Assembly (NCBI GenBank): GCA_964443005.1
Contig: CAYUBI010000001.1
Location: 2,901-66,900, forward strand
DNA from: an uncultured Candidatus Marinamargulisbacteria bacterium
Lineage (GTDB): Bacteria > Margulisbacteria > Riflemargulisbacteria > GWF2-35-9 > CAYUBI01
Direction: 5' to 3'
Length of the DNA stretch: 64,000 nucleotides
How positions within the stretch are numbered: position 1 is the stretch's first letter; each line of letters starts with the position of its first letter. A program made the position numbers and the translations under genes. Under the pieces are notes generated by a model, which was given only the letters and a program-made list of their open reading frames with translations, was not told the origin of the DNA and searched no databases. Below are positions 50,186 through 61,275 of this stretch, one piece after another.

Positions 50186-50959
50186 CTAAATAGTCAGCAC
50201 CCGAGGGCCATTTGCAGTTATTGCAACGGTATGTTCAAACTGACAAGATAATTTTTTATCTGCAGTCACTGCTGTCCAGCCATCTGCTAAAATTTTACAT
50301 TTATGTGTTCCTTGATTAATCATTGGTTCAATTGCAATAACTAAACCTTCCTCTAAAACAAGTCCGGTATTTGCAAGTCCAAAATGCGGAACAGACGGAG
50401 CTTCGTGAAGGCCATACCCTACTCCATGTCCAACAAATTGGCGAACAACACCATACCCATAATTTTCAGCATGACGTTGAATCGCAAAACCAATATCACC
50501 TATTTTCTTTCCCACCTGAGCAGCCTGAATTCCAAAATCTAAACATTCTTTGGTAACCTGCTTTAAGAGTTTTGCTTTTTCAGATAAATAACCAATACCC
50601 AGCGTAATAGTTGCATCTCCAACAAAACCATTTTTTCGAATACCCATATCTACCTTCACAAGATCTCCCTCACAAAGCAAGCGATCTGCGCGGGGAATTC
50701 CATGAACGACTTCATAATTAATCGAAATACACGTACAATGAAAATAGTTCTTAACATGTTTAAATTCAGCAATCACATGATGCCGTTGTACAAAATCTTC
50801 AGCTAACCGCTCAATATCTAAGGTTGACATGCCTAAACATACGCAGCATTCTAATTCATGAAAAAATAGTGCGACCAAATGGCCCGCTTCTGCGATTCGT
50901 TCAATATCATCTTTGCTTTTTAAGCGAATAATATCGTCATCTGTTTGTCTGCTATGCAT
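50186..50959 (-). CDS. map: Methionine aminopeptidase type I
   Basis: FVGHGVGYGLHEAP and metal ligands. Confidence 0.85.
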   Translation of the reverse strand: MHSRQTDDDIIRLKSKDDIERIAEAGHLVALFFHELECCVCLGMSTLDIERLAEDFVQRHHVIAEFKHVKNYFHCTCISINYEVVHGIPRADRLLCEGDLVKVDMGIRKNGFVGDATITLGIGYLSEKAKLLKQVTKECLDFGIQAAQVGKKIGDIGFAIQRHAENYGYGVVRQFVGHGVGYGLHEAPSVPHFGLANTGLVLEEGLVIAIEPMINQGTHKCKILADGWTAVTADKKLSCQFEHTVAITANGPRVLTI

Positions 50960-51071
50960 AATGTCTCTATTTTATCCTAAAACAGCCTATATTTGCTATT
51001 ACTATTTTTTTTAAAATCCTTTACTTTTAAAAAATTGTTTTTTGTATTAATATAGAATAATTCTATAGTCA

Positions 51072-52490
51072 GTGTTTTCTACAGAAAGGTTATGGATCAT
51101 GATTTTTTGCATCAGTATTACATTAATCGCAACAATTTCAATAGGCACTACTACACTATTTTTCAAAAAACATCAAAAAGCAAAACAAGAAATCGATCAA
51201 CTCAAACATGAAATTCATCAAAATCAACTTCAATTAGAAAAAACAAATATATTTCATGAAGATATCTCAAAAAAACTAATTAAAAAAGCAAATGAAATTA
51301 CCATGATTGCAAGTGAAACTAAAATTGGCATCAAAAACAATAGCGAAGTTGTCAATTCCGTTGCAGAACAAACCAATGAACAGTTCATCAAAATCCAAGA
51401 TTTAATGAAAAACATGGATACAATGCAAACATTAGTACAAGAAATATCAAATGGACAATATTTGCAAGTTCAGTCATTAACCTCTACAACTCAACATGTC
51501 AATGATATGTGTTTTACAATAACCAAACAATCAGCAGATACAAATGGTCAATCCCGAGATATTTCTAACACGCGCATTATCATTACAAACATGATGAAAG
51601 CCATTGAACAAATCACCAATGACTCGTCAACTGCAAGCATGTCATCTGCTAATGCAGTTGATGTTGCTAATGAGGGACAATCCATTGTAGATGATACAGT
51701 TCAAGCTATGGAACAAATTCAACATGCAGTCTTAGATGTTGCAAGAAAAATTGAAAACCTAGGTTTCAGTTCAGAAAAAATTGAAGAAATTATTAAAACA
51801 ATTCAAGATATTTCAAAACGTACAAATTTGCTTTCATTAAATGCTGCGATTGAAGCAGCACGAGCAGGCATTCATGGTCAAGGATTTGCTGTTGTTGCTG
51901 ACGAAGTTCGCCATTTAGCAGATCTAACTGTAGTAGCGACAAAAGAAATTACAGCAATCATACAAGGAATTCAAGCTGAAACAACAGATGTTATTACAAC
52001 TATGGAAGTAGGAAAAAATGAAGTTCAAAATGGTTTTATGTTAACTATCCTAATGAAACAATCCTTTTCAAAAATTGTTAAAGAAGTTAACTATATTTCT
52101 GAACAAATTCATAATATCTCAGCTGCTGCAGAAGAATTAAATGCTTCTAGCAATGATGTTATTACCATGCTAAATACGCTTTACCAGTTTATTGAAGCGA
52201 ATTTAGGAATCATCCAATCTGATACTGAAAATACAAAAAAAATACTTAATTCGATTGAAGAAATAAAAAAAGTATCAGAAAATCATAATCGATTTGTCAC
52301 TGACATGGATAATTTATATAAAAATACAATGGAAAAAATTAAAAAAATATCGTTATTAGCTCAGGATAATGCAGGATCTGCTGAAGAAGTTTCAAGCATT
52401 ACTGAAGAAATTGGCGGAATGATTGATATGGTACGCACTTATTCCGAAGAACTAAATACTATTTCAACAGAACTTGTCAACAATAATTAA
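51072..52490 (+). CDS. Methyl-accepting chemotaxis protein (short sensor)
   Basis: [34 protein letters not shown]. Confidence 0.7.
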   Translation: MFSTERLWIMIFCISITLIATISIGTTTLFFKKHQKAKQEIDQLKHEIHQNQLQLEKTNIFHEDISKKLIKKANEITMIASETKIGIKNNSEVVNSVAEQTNEQFIKIQDLMKNMDTMQTLVQEISNGQYLQVQSLTSTTQHVNDMCFTITKQSADTNGQSRDISNTRIIITNMMKAIEQITNDSSTASMSSANAVDVANEGQSIVDDTVQAMEQIQHAVLDVARKIENLGFSSEKIEEIIKTIQDISKRTNLLSLNAAIEAARAGIHGQGFAVVADEVRHLADLTVVATKEITAIIQGIQAETTDVITTMEVGKNEVQNGFMLTILMKQSFSKIVKEVNYISEQIHNISAAAEELNASSNDVITMLNTLYQFIEANLGIIQSDTENTKKILNSIEEIKKVSENHNRFVTDMDNLYKNTMEKIKKISLLAQDNAGSAEEVSSITEEIGGMIDMVRTYSEELNTISTELVNNN

Positions 52491-53458
52491 TTCATTAATA
52501 GTCGATGAACTAAACCATACCGAAGTCCTTTATCACTCACAGTTGCACAATCTACGCCAAAAAGCTGCATAATTGCAATCAATTCAATAATTCCAGCAAT
52601 CATCACATCTGCTCGTAATTGTTCAACGTGAAAATATTCCTCTTTTTCATGATGCGTACACACAATTGCCTTTGCTAATGTATACTCCAAAAAAGATAGC
52701 GATATCTGGCTACCATGAATTTGCTCTGCTGCATAATGAGCTAAAGCCTGTTCAAGACGAGATACAGTAGTTCCTGTTCCACCCAACACAATCAATTGGT
52801 TGAGCATAACATCAGAGAATTGATTCAAGGCCAAAAAGGATCGCGATAAATGTTCTTTCACACACTGAATATCATTAATTGTTGGACATTCCTTGGATAA
52901 AAACTGTTCAGTCAAACGAACAACACCAATATCTAAACTTTTCATGAACTGAACCTTCTGATCCACTAGCAAAACAAATTCGGTACTTCCACCCCCCTGA
53001 TCTACAAGTACAGCTGGGGACAAAATCGGAGAAACTGTGCACAATACCGTATCTGCAACTAATTCTGCTTCTTCATGTCCAGATAAAATTGTCATAGTTA
53101 ACGGAATTTTATTTAACTCATTATAAAAAATCGAAGTATCCTCAATATCGCGCAGTGCAGAAGTTCCAATAAACGAGTAATTCGTTACTCCATAATAATC
53201 CATTTTCTGTTTGTACTCTCGCAAAACAGCCAGAGTTCGTTGCATTGGAACAGGTTGCAATGTAGACGTGCGATCAACCAATTCACCAATGCGAGTAACA
53301 TCTCGATGCTCGAAAAGTACGACAAGCTGCCCAAATTTACGCGTAGCAATCACAATTCGTAGTGAATTAGTCCCAAGATCAATGCCTGCAACAACTGGCT
53401 CAATCACATTCTTATTTTCCAAATACGACTTTCCACACAGCTGCAATATTAAAAACAA
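52487..53458 (-). CDS. Ppx/GppA family phosphatase
   Basis: [12 protein letters not shown] actin-like fold motif. Possible GTG start at 53407, just after the upstream stop; the ATG at 53458 overlaps the Wza-like gene by 47 nt. Confidence 0.65.
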   Translation of the reverse strand: MFLILQLCGKSYLENKNVIEPVVAGIDLGTNSLRIVIATRKFGQLVVLFEHRDVTRIGELVDRTSTLQPVPMQRTLAVLREYKQKMDYYGVTNYSFIGTSALRDIEDTSIFYNELNKIPLTMTILSGHEEAELVADTVLCTVSPILSPAVLVDQGGGSTEFVLLVDQKVQFMKSLDIGVVRLTEQFLSKECPTINDIQCVKEHLSRSFLALNQFSDVMLNQLIVLGGTGTTVSRLEQALAHYAAEQIHGSQISLSFLEYTLAKAIVCTHHEKEEYFHVEQLRADVMIAGIIELIAIMQLFGVDCATVSDKGLRYGLVHRLLMN

Positions 53459-56435
53459 CTTGCGAAAAATCCAACCATGTTTTCAGCGGATCTTTTCGCT
53501 CCACTTTTTCTGCAGGAACAATCACTGTATCTCCCATTTGAACACGGTAATCCAGTCCAGCATCTCGAATTGCAAAACCAGCAGCATCTACAACATAAAT
53601 TTGATCCAACAATGCTCCATTTACCAATCCACCTGCACTTTGAACATAATCATTTACAGAATATCCTTGCTGAAAGGCATAAACACCTTCTTTAAAAATA
53701 CCGCCTTTCACAACAATCACTGAATTGATTTTGGGAACTACAATTCGATCACCATCCTGAAGCAACAAATCCGAATTCGACCCTGCAAATGAATCAACAT
53801 TATCAATTTTCAAATTAATACGCGTACTGGAAATTTGCTCAATAGGCACCAAGCCGTCTACATTCTCATTGACTTTTGTTTTTTCTAAATCTTCACTAGT
53901 TTGGCGATAAAAAGTTAACCCTTTTAAAAAACTAAGATTCGTTAAACCGCCACTTAAAGCAAGCACATCAGATAAATGACTATCGCGCCGTACAGAATAG
54001 GCTCCAGGATAATTAACTTCGCCACTAATCGTCACATCAACTTTATCAATAAAATCAATTTTCTTTCGAATATAAATAATGTCACGTGAATTTAATTGAA
54101 TTGATTTCATGGTTTGTTCAGTTAGCATTAATTTTCGACACTGCATTTTCCCTTCAGAATAACCAAAAACCTCTACAAACGACTGATCTGCAAGATACGA
54201 TACCCCACCTGCCATAAATAACAAATCTTTTATAGTCATATTCCGCTCAAAAGGATAAGAGCCAGGTTGTTTAACATAACCCAAAATAGAAATCGACTCT
54301 GCTTCATAAACATCAGATACCGCATAAATACGCACCCAGTCTTCTGGCTCTAATACCATAGACATTAATGGATCAATACTATTACTAGACACATTTCCAG
54401 TTAAAACAATAGACTGAAGATTAATTGTAATCAGTTTCAAAGAATAATCATGTGGATTAAATCGAACGATTTCAGCACGCGGCAAGTACGTTGTAGGCTT
54501 AACTCCACCTGATGAAAAAAGTAAATCAGATAAGGTCATCTTATTTTTTAAATCATAAATTCCAGGTCGATCAACAAACCCACTAATCGACACTTTTTGC
54601 CCGGGAAATATTTCGGATTCACTATATAGCCGAAGAACATCACCATCTTCAAGTGGCATAGCTAATGTTTGCTTATCTGCCAAATTAATTACAACTAATT
54701 TCTTACGATTGTCTTTATCTAATCGGGTTAATTCTGCCCGATCCAAATAAGTTTTTGGCTTAATACCTCCACCTGTAAAAATTAAATCTGACAAAGTCAT
54801 TTTATTTTTTAGCATGTACGTTCCTGGGCGATCAACATACCCCAAAACCCCCACACGATTAGATGGATAAATTTCTGTATCACTATATATCCGCAACAAG
54901 TCACCGGTTTGCAAGGGAATATTTAATTGATTTTTATCTTCCAGATTAATCACAATCAATTTAAGTTTATTCGCAGTATCAAAGCGTGTTAATTCCGCAC
55001 GCGACGTATACGTAAAGGGTTTCAAGCCTCCTGCTTTTTGAATCAACTGATTAATAATCATATTGGGTTTATACTCAAAATCACCCGGATACATCACATT
55101 TCCAGCAATATTTACAAAACCCATCACACTACCTTCAATAGCCTCAACACTCACAACATCACCATTTTCGACTTGAATAGTTTTCGCATTTTTTTGTAAA
55201 TCATTAACATCCTTAAAATAAAAACTATTCACTTTACGCAAATCATCTTCACGGCTAATGATATTCACTTTTTTATAATAGCTATCTTTCGTAAATCCAC
55301 CAGCTAAATCAATCAATTCAGCCAACGTTGTATGGTCCTTAAATTCATATATCGCAGGACGCTTAATTTCTCCTTGCAACAAGACTGTTTCCATAATATT
55401 ATCAACAAAAACAACATCTCCTTGCTGCAAAGCATAATCATCACGCTTGTTGCCTTCCAAAAGAAACTTATAAAGATCAATAACTGCTATTAAGCGACTT
55501 TTTCGAACCAACCGAATAGAACGAAGACTCCCAGTTTTTTGAATGCCACCAGCTTCAAACAACGCATGAAAAAGTGTTGTTGTAGAACCAACCAAATATT
55601 GTCCTGGACCATTGACCTCACCCAACAAAAAAATAGGCATTACACGAAGTCTACCCATTGTAATATCCATAGTAAAGTTAGCAAATACTTGATTTAAACT
55701 CCGCTCAATTATTTTCTTTGCCTGTCCCAGAGACATATTACCAACACTCATTCGACCAACTTTAGGAAGAACAATCGAACCCGTTGTATCCAAAACCAAG
55801 GTCATTTGCTGCTGAAGATTGCCCCACATAAATAAATTTATTTCGTCTCCTGGCCCTAAAATATAATCGTCTCCTACTGGAACATTACTCAAGGGTGCAA
55901 ACGTTTTAGACGCATTATTAAAAACGCCATATCCAAATTGCGGCAATGTTGTTTTATATCGATTTTGAATTGGCGATAATATTAATAATTTTGCTGGTTT
56001 ATCTCCTCCGATTTTTTTAGCCTCATCAGCTGCAGTCGTAACTGCAGGATCCTCAACTGAATTTTTTTTATTATCAATCACATCAATTTCTGAACGATCT
56101 GGCAAATTTTCTTCAGTTCTCAATGTAGATTTAGCAACTTCAGCTTCCTTTAATTGCCTGTCAAGTAATGCTCGCTGCTGAGGTGCTAACGGCTTTCCTG
56201 CTTTATATTGCTGAAGCTGCTGTTGTTTTACTGGATCTTTTAATATCTCTTGAACTTTATTTGTTTGCTCTGGAGACAACTTATCCATAGCTTGCTGTAC
56301 AGCTTGCGGATCTCCAGCAGGAGGCACAACTAGTGCAGAAGCAACCGGAAGTACTGGTTCTGCTGCTCCAAAAGACATCACTGCAAAGCAAACAACAAAA
56401 AAAAGAACGACTACCCTAATGCCACTATTTTTCAT
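53412..56435 (-). CDS. Wza-like polysaccharide export protein with multiple tandem SLBB domains
   Basis: Signal peptide present. Poly_export motif YILGPGDEINLF. Repeated G.V..PG.Y modules. Length 1007 aa. Confidence 0.65.
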   Translation of the reverse strand: MKNSGIRVVVLFFVVCFAVMSFGAAEPVLPVASALVVPPAGDPQAVQQAMDKLSPEQTNKVQEILKDPVKQQQLQQYKAGKPLAPQQRALLDRQLKEAEVAKSTLRTEENLPDRSEIDVIDNKKNSVEDPAVTTAADEAKKIGGDKPAKLLILSPIQNRYKTTLPQFGYGVFNNASKTFAPLSNVPVGDDYILGPGDEINLFMWGNLQQQMTLVLDTTGSIVLPKVGRMSVGNMSLGQAKKIIERSLNQVFANFTMDITMGRLRVMPIFLLGEVNGPGQYLVGSTTTLFHALFEAGGIQKTGSLRSIRLVRKSRLIAVIDLYKFLLEGNKRDDYALQQGDVVFVDNIMETVLLQGEIKRPAIYEFKDHTTLAELIDLAGGFTKDSYYKKVNIISREDDLRKVNSFYFKDVNDLQKNAKTIQVENGDVVSVEAIEGSVMGFVNIAGNVMYPGDFEYKPNMIINQLIQKAGGLKPFTYTSRAELTRFDTANKLKLIVINLEDKNQLNIPLQTGDLLRIYSDTEIYPSNRVGVLGYVDRPGTYMLKNKMTLSDLIFTGGGIKPKTYLDRAELTRLDKDNRKKLVVINLADKQTLAMPLEDGDVLRLYSESEIFPGQKVSISGFVDRPGIYDLKNKMTLSDLLFSSGGVKPTTYLPRAEIVRFNPHDYSLKLITINLQSIVLTGNVSSNSIDPLMSMVLEPEDWVRIYAVSDVYEAESISILGYVKQPGSYPFERNMTIKDLLFMAGGVSYLADQSFVEVFGYSEGKMQCRKLMLTEQTMKSIQLNSRDIIYIRKKIDFIDKVDVTISGEVNYPGAYSVRRDSHLSDVLALSGGLTNLSFLKGLTFYRQTSEDLEKTKVNENVDGLVPIEQISSTRINLKIDNVDSFAGSNSDLLLQDGDRIVVPKINSVIVVKGGIFKEGVYAFQQGYSVNDYVQSAGGLVNGALLDQIYVVDAAGFAIRDAGLDYRVQMGDTVIVPAEKVERKDPLKTWLDFSQVVFNIAAVWKVVFGK

Positions 56436-56454
56436 GAATTCATCCTTCTTAAAA

Positions 56455-57408
56455 TTATTTGGAATTCAACATCATACTATGCCACATTTTAGATAATCCA
56501 TCAACCAGTGAAACTGCTGGAACATATCCAAAACTAGAGCAAATTAAGGAAATATCTGAAGCTGAATCGCGAATATCTCCTTCTCTAGGCGCAACATAAT
56601 GTCGATTAATCGTTTTCCCACTCACATGACTTAATGCAAGAATAAGTTGATTCAAGGATGTTGTAATTCCGGTTGCAACATTATATATACCTAACCCAGG
56701 TAATGATTGCAATGCCAATAAAATCGCTTGAACAATATTGGCGACATTAACGAAATCACGGGTTTGCTGCCCATCACCATAAATCGTCAATGGCTGCTCA
56801 TGAATCAAGCGATCCCAAAAAATTGAAATCACACCAGAATACGGGCTTTTAGGATCTTGTCGCTCGCCAAATACATTAAAAAAACGAAAACCAACACTTG
56901 ACAACCCTTCAGCATAAAATGCACGTGCATCTACTTCGTTTTGCAATTTATGTTCACCATATGGAGAAATTGGCAGCACTGGCGTTTGTTCAGACAAGGG
57001 CAATTCACTAGAATCGCCATAAACAGCTGCAGACGAAGCATACACAACTTTTTTAACGCCACCTATGTGAGCAGCACGAAATACATTTTGTGTACCTTCA
57101 ACGTTAATTGAAAATGCTTTTTTAGGATCGCGAATGGATTCCTGAACAGATACTAAAGCAGCAAGATGTACAACATAATCACAGTTCATCATATAGCCAG
57201 ACAATCGCTCACAATCACGAATATCACCATCAATGACTTGGTCGCTTGAAAACCCAACCGGAAGATTTGTTCGCTTACCCGTAGAAAAATTATCATAAAC
57301 CATAACAAAACAACCTTCTGCAATTAGTGCATCAACAACATGGCTCCCAATAAAACCTGCACCACCTGTTACCAGAATTCGTTTTGATTTAATTGATAAC
57401 TTTTTCAT
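56455..57408 (-). CDS. NAD-dependent epimerase/dehydratase (GalE/WbpP-like UDP-sugar 4-epimerase)
   Basis: TGGAGFIGSH Rossmann motif and a YxxxK catalytic motif. Confidence 0.65.
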   Translation of the reverse strand: MKKLSIKSKRILVTGGAGFIGSHVVDALIAEGCFVMVYDNFSTGKRTNLPVGFSSDQVIDGDIRDCERLSGYMMNCDYVVHLAALVSVQESIRDPKKAFSINVEGTQNVFRAAHIGGVKKVVYASSAAVYGDSSELPLSEQTPVLPISPYGEHKLQNEVDARAFYAEGLSSVGFRFFNVFGERQDPKSPYSGVISIFWDRLIHEQPLTIYGDGQQTRDFVNVANIVQAILLALQSLPGLGIYNVATGITTSLNQLILALSHVSGKTINRHYVAPREGDIRDSASDISLICSSFGYVPAVSLVDGLSKMWHSMMLNSK

Positions 57409-57512
57409 TCTGTCACTTCCTATTCTTATATTCTAGTAGAAAAGAATAAAAATGGCAAAAGATTAAAAGTTTGAGTAAACAAATCAACCTAATCATACTA
57501 TAATCATTTTTC

Positions 57513-59252
57513 ATGTGCGCACTAACACCTTATTCATTGCTTAAAAAAGTTAACCGGCCTGGACGATATATTGCAACGGAAATTAATGCTATCAAAAAAA
57601 ACTGGACTAATCTTACAGTTAAAGGTGTGCTTGCATTTCCAGACAAATATGAAATTGGCATGTCCAGTCTTGGAATGCAAATACTGTATCACGTGATTAA
57701 TCAGGAAAACAATTTCTGTCTTGAACGAGTATTTGCACCGGATGATGATATGGCAGATCAGCTTAAAAAAAACAACATGTCACTCTTCTCTTTAGAAACA
57801 TTACATCCACTCAACGCATTTGACTGTATTGGATTTTCGCTACAAACTGAACTAAGCTATACCAATGTTTTGTACATGCTAGATCTGGCTAACATTCCTT
57901 ACTTAGCCTCATCTAGAAACAATACACATCCACTTATTTTTGCAGGAGGAGTTGCTGCAGGAAATCCAGTTCCTATGTCTCGATTTATTGACTTTTTTGT
58001 TATTGGAGATGGAGAAGAAGCAATGATGGACGTATTTCAAGCTCTATCACACTACGCTAACAAAACAAAAGCAGAAAAATTACGTCACCTTTCAACTATT
58101 CAAGGCATATATGTGCCGATTCTACATAAAGAAACTACGCCAATTCAAAAACGAACAATTGTAGAATTCAATTCATCTTGGTTTCCAGAACGTCCGTTAA
58201 TCCCAAGCTTAAAAGTCATTCACGATCGGGCTGCTGTAGAAATTATGCGGGGCTGTCCAAGGCATTGTCGATTTTGTCACGCAGGACATACCAATCGTCC
58301 TGTACGCATCAAAGAACCTAACCAAGTTATTAACGAAGCCTGTACGCTCATGACCCGCTGTGGATTTGAAAACTTAACGCTTTTATCACTCAGCAGCAGC
58401 GATCATCCTAACATTGTTGATATTGCACAAAAAGTCGATAAAGAAGCTTCTGTGCGAAAAATTTCAGTTAACTTGCCATCCTTGCGAATTGACTCTTATA
58501 CTACAAAACTGAGTTTTATCACGCATCATATTCGAAAAACAGGGCTTACCTTAGCACCTGAAGCAGGTAGTCAACGTCTGCGTAACGTCATTAACAAGGA
58601 TATTTCCGAAGAACAAATTCTTGCAGCTATTCGCGCAGCTCTTGAAGGAAACATTCATCGTATCAAATTATATATGATGATCGGGCTTCCCACAGAAACC
58701 CAAGGAGATTTGGAAGCAATTATAATTTTATTGCGAACTATTCTTAATTTAGCAAATGATATGCGTAAAAAACTAGAATTAACACTTAATATCTCACTAT
58801 TCATTCCAAAACCGTTTACTCCGTTTCAATGGTGCAGTCAAATTTCTACAGAAAAAGCACAAGAACGTATTTATTGGCTCAAAGACCAAGTCAAACGCAT
58901 CAAAGGTATCAAAATAAAATACTCTGATTTCTTCACAGCCAATCTTGAGGGACTTTTATCTCGAGGGGATACTGCAACTGGCATATTAATTGAGCACGCA
59001 TTCAAAAATGGCGCTCGTTTTGACGCATGGCACGAGCATCTCAATCACAGCGCATGGGAAAAAGCTATGAATCAAGCATTGATCAAGCATGAAGATTATT
59101 TAGGCGAACGATCACTCAATGAACGATTACCGTGGGAATTTATCAACATGGGAGTCAATCGCAACTACCTAATCAGCGAATATCATTTAGCACAAACAGA
59201 AAAACAATCATCTTCATGTCAAGCCAATTGCACACGGTGCGGAGCATGTTAA
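57513..59252 (+). CDS. Radical SAM protein with N-terminal B12-binding-like domain (TIGR03960-type)
   Basis: CPRHCRFC is the CxxxCxxC motif. Confidence 0.6.
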   Translation: MCALTPYSLLKKVNRPGRYIATEINAIKKNWTNLTVKGVLAFPDKYEIGMSSLGMQILYHVINQENNFCLERVFAPDDDMADQLKKNNMSLFSLETLHPLNAFDCIGFSLQTELSYTNVLYMLDLANIPYLASSRNNTHPLIFAGGVAAGNPVPMSRFIDFFVIGDGEEAMMDVFQALSHYANKTKAEKLRHLSTIQGIYVPILHKETTPIQKRTIVEFNSSWFPERPLIPSLKVIHDRAAVEIMRGCPRHCRFCHAGHTNRPVRIKEPNQVINEACTLMTRCGFENLTLLSLSSSDHPNIVDIAQKVDKEASVRKISVNLPSLRIDSYTTKLSFITHHIRKTGLTLAPEAGSQRLRNVINKDISEEQILAAIRAALEGNIHRIKLYMMIGLPTETQGDLEAIIILLRTILNLANDMRKKLELTLNISLFIPKPFTPFQWCSQISTEKAQERIYWLKDQVKRIKGIKIKYSDFFTANLEGLLSRGDTATGILIEHAFKNGARFDAWHEHLNHSAWEKAMNQALIKHEDYLGERSLNERLPWEFINMGVNRNYLISEYHLAQTEKQSSSCQANCTRCGAC

Positions 59253-59854
59253 AGAATGAATGGACAGTATTTCGATTTCGAAAAATAGAAGAAGCGATTT
59301 TTATTGGTCACTTAGATGTGATGTATTGTTTTGAACGCGCCATTCGACGAGCACAACTCCCAATTATTTATTCGGAAGGATTTAATCCATCTATGCGAAT
59401 TTCCTTTGCAAGCCCCTTATCATTAGGTATTGAAGGAAAAAGCGAATATCTTTTTGCAGAATTTTCTGAACCACTTATGAACACATGCCTTAATCAACTC
59501 AATGAATGCCTTCCTTATGGGCTATCCGTATATCAAACAGCACAATTACGAATTCCCCCCAAAAAATTGATGAAAACACTATCTGGATTTATCTTTTCAA
59601 TTCTATTTTCAGATACTGATGCCTGTCAACGCACTATCGATTATTTCGCATCATATCCTTTTAGTGTAGATCCAACGCTAATTCAAGACCACTCGGTTAT
59701 CACAACATTATATCAATCCAACAAAAAAATATGGCGTTTTTTTCTCAAACACTTCGGCGAAAAAAGTCCATCAATCAAACATATTCTTTTAACAACACCT
59801 GAACCAGACTCAATACAACATATTTCACGAGACCTAATTCAATTTAAAGCATGA
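59246..59854 (+). CDS. DUF2344 (TIGR03936-type) protein, the usual partner of the preceding radical SAM gene
   Basis: GHLDVMYCFERAIRRAQLPIIYSEGFNPSMRISFASPLSLG. Its ATG overlaps the upstream stop (ATGTTAA). Confidence 0.55.
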   Translation: MLKNEWTVFRFRKIEEAIFIGHLDVMYCFERAIRRAQLPIIYSEGFNPSMRISFASPLSLGIEGKSEYLFAEFSEPLMNTCLNQLNECLPYGLSVYQTAQLRIPPKKLMKTLSGFIFSILFSDTDACQRTIDYFASYPFSVDPTLIQDHSVITTLYQSNKKIWRFFLKHFGEKSPSIKHILLTTPEPDSIQHISRDLIQFKA

Positions 59855-59948
59855 CAACCCACAATTTTGTAGTTGATTACGTTCACAATTCTTGTTATGA
59901 TAACAATGTTATTATTCCAACTTATCCTACGATAAACAAGGAAACATT

Positions 59949-60818
59949 ATGATTCAAGATACACACATTTGCAAAATTATTGGTATTACTAGTGGAAAAG
60001 GTGGCGTTGGAAAAACTTTTTTGACAGTTAATTTAGCTATTGCAGCTGCAAAAGCAGGAAAAAAAGTCTTAATTATTGATGGTGATTTAGGCTTAGCGAA
60101 TGTCCACATTGTAGCAGGAATTTATCCTGAATATGATTTGCTTGATTTTATCGAAGGCAAAGCATCACTTAAAGATATAATTGCCGAGGGCCCTCAAGGC
60201 ATTCATCTAATTCCAGGTGCATCAGGCATTTTCAAACTATCAAATATGACTCATGCAAATAGAGATCGCCTTGTTAAGCAATTATCTGCGCTTGAACAAG
60301 AATATGATCTTATTTTAATTGATACAGAAGCAGGAATTTCACATAATGTATTTAAATTTTTATCTATTGCAGATCACGTAGTTGTGATTACGACACCAGA
60401 TCTAACAGCATTAGCAGATGCTTATGCTGTTATCAAAATAACGCTATCACGAAAAATAAATAGCAATATTAGCTTAGTTGTTAATCGTGTACGCAGTTAT
60501 ACTGAAGGACAAAGTATCTTTATCAAAATTAATAACGCTGCAGAAAAGTTTCTAAATGCTAATATCAAAAAACTTGGCTTTATTGCAGAAGACCATCTAA
60601 CACTTAAAGAATCCATACAAAATCGTAAGCCAGTCATGATGTATTACACAAAAACAAAACTTGCTGTTAGTATTGATGATGTTGCAAATAAATTATTTGA
60701 ACTAAATCCACAGCCTATTGTTTCCAAAGAAACAGTAACCAATAATGTAGTTTTAAATCGCTTTTCTATGTTGCTCAATAATATTAAACTAAAAGAAAAA
60801 GAACCAGTAAATAGCTAG
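59949..60818 (+). CDS. MinD/ParA-family P-loop ATPase (FlhG/MinD-like)
   Basis: GKGGVGKT deviant Walker A. Confidence 0.65.
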   Translation: MIQDTHICKIIGITSGKGGVGKTFLTVNLAIAAAKAGKKVLIIDGDLGLANVHIVAGIYPEYDLLDFIEGKASLKDIIAEGPQGIHLIPGASGIFKLSNMTHANRDRLVKQLSALEQEYDLILIDTEAGISHNVFKFLSIADHVVVITTPDLTALADAYAVIKITLSRKINSNISLVVNRVRSYTEGQSIFIKINNAAEKFLNANIKKLGFIAEDHLTLKESIQNRKPVMMYYTKTKLAVSIDDVANKLFELNPQPIVSKETVTNNVVLNRFSMLLNNIKLKEKEPVNS

Positions 60819-61270
60819 TAATTATTAATTTGTCGAATTGCTTCATATACAACAATACCAACTGCTGTTGATAAATTTATACTTCGAATTGCAGAATTAG
60901 CCATAGGGATTTTCATACAACGCTCCCAATTCGTGCGCAACAATAACTCAGGAAGCCCACGAGATTCAGGCCCAAAAACCAACATATCCTCTTCTTGAAA
61001 AATTGCTCGCGTATAAACTATTTCAGCTTTAGTCGACAAAAAATATAGTGATCGAGCTTGATTAATATTCCAAAAAATATCCCACGATTCCCAGTAATGA
61101 ATTTGTACCTGATCCCAATAATCTAGGCCTGCACGTTTTAATGCTTTATCATCAGTAGAAAAACCCAGCGGTTTTACTAAATGCAGCATTGTATTTGTAG
61201 CGCCACACAACCGAGCAATATTGCCTGTATTCGGTGGAATTTCTGGCTCAACTAGCACAACATGTAACAC
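60815..61270 (-). CDS. trmL: tRNA (cytidine/uridine-2'-O)-methyltransferase TrmL (SpoU class)
   Basis: EPEIPPNTGNIARLC N-terminus and SPOUT knot motifs. GTG start chosen to avoid overlap with galE. Confidence 0.65.
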   Translation of the reverse strand: MLHVVLVEPEIPPNTGNIARLCGATNTMLHLVKPLGFSTDDKALKRAGLDYWDQVQIHYWESWDIFWNINQARSLYFLSTKAEIVYTRAIFQEEDMLVFGPESRGLPELLLRTNWERCMKIPMANSAIRSINLSTAVGIVVYEAIRQINNY

Positions 61271-61275
61271 AAAAG

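Noticed and set aside
53412-53458. Overlap of 47 nt between the ppx/gppA start and the Wza-like gene end, considered as an unusual overlap or frameshift
   Set aside because: A GTG at 53407 with an upstream GGAAAA gives a non-overlapping start that still precedes the conserved GIDLGTNS motif. This is more likely a start-site annotation matter than real biology.
59132-59245. Long N-terminal extension of the DUF2344 ORF overlapping the radical SAM gene by 120 nt
   Set aside because: Homology to the DUF2344 family begins at MLKNEWTVFRF (ATG 59246), which overlaps the upstream stop in a typical coupling arrangement. The extension has no family similarity.
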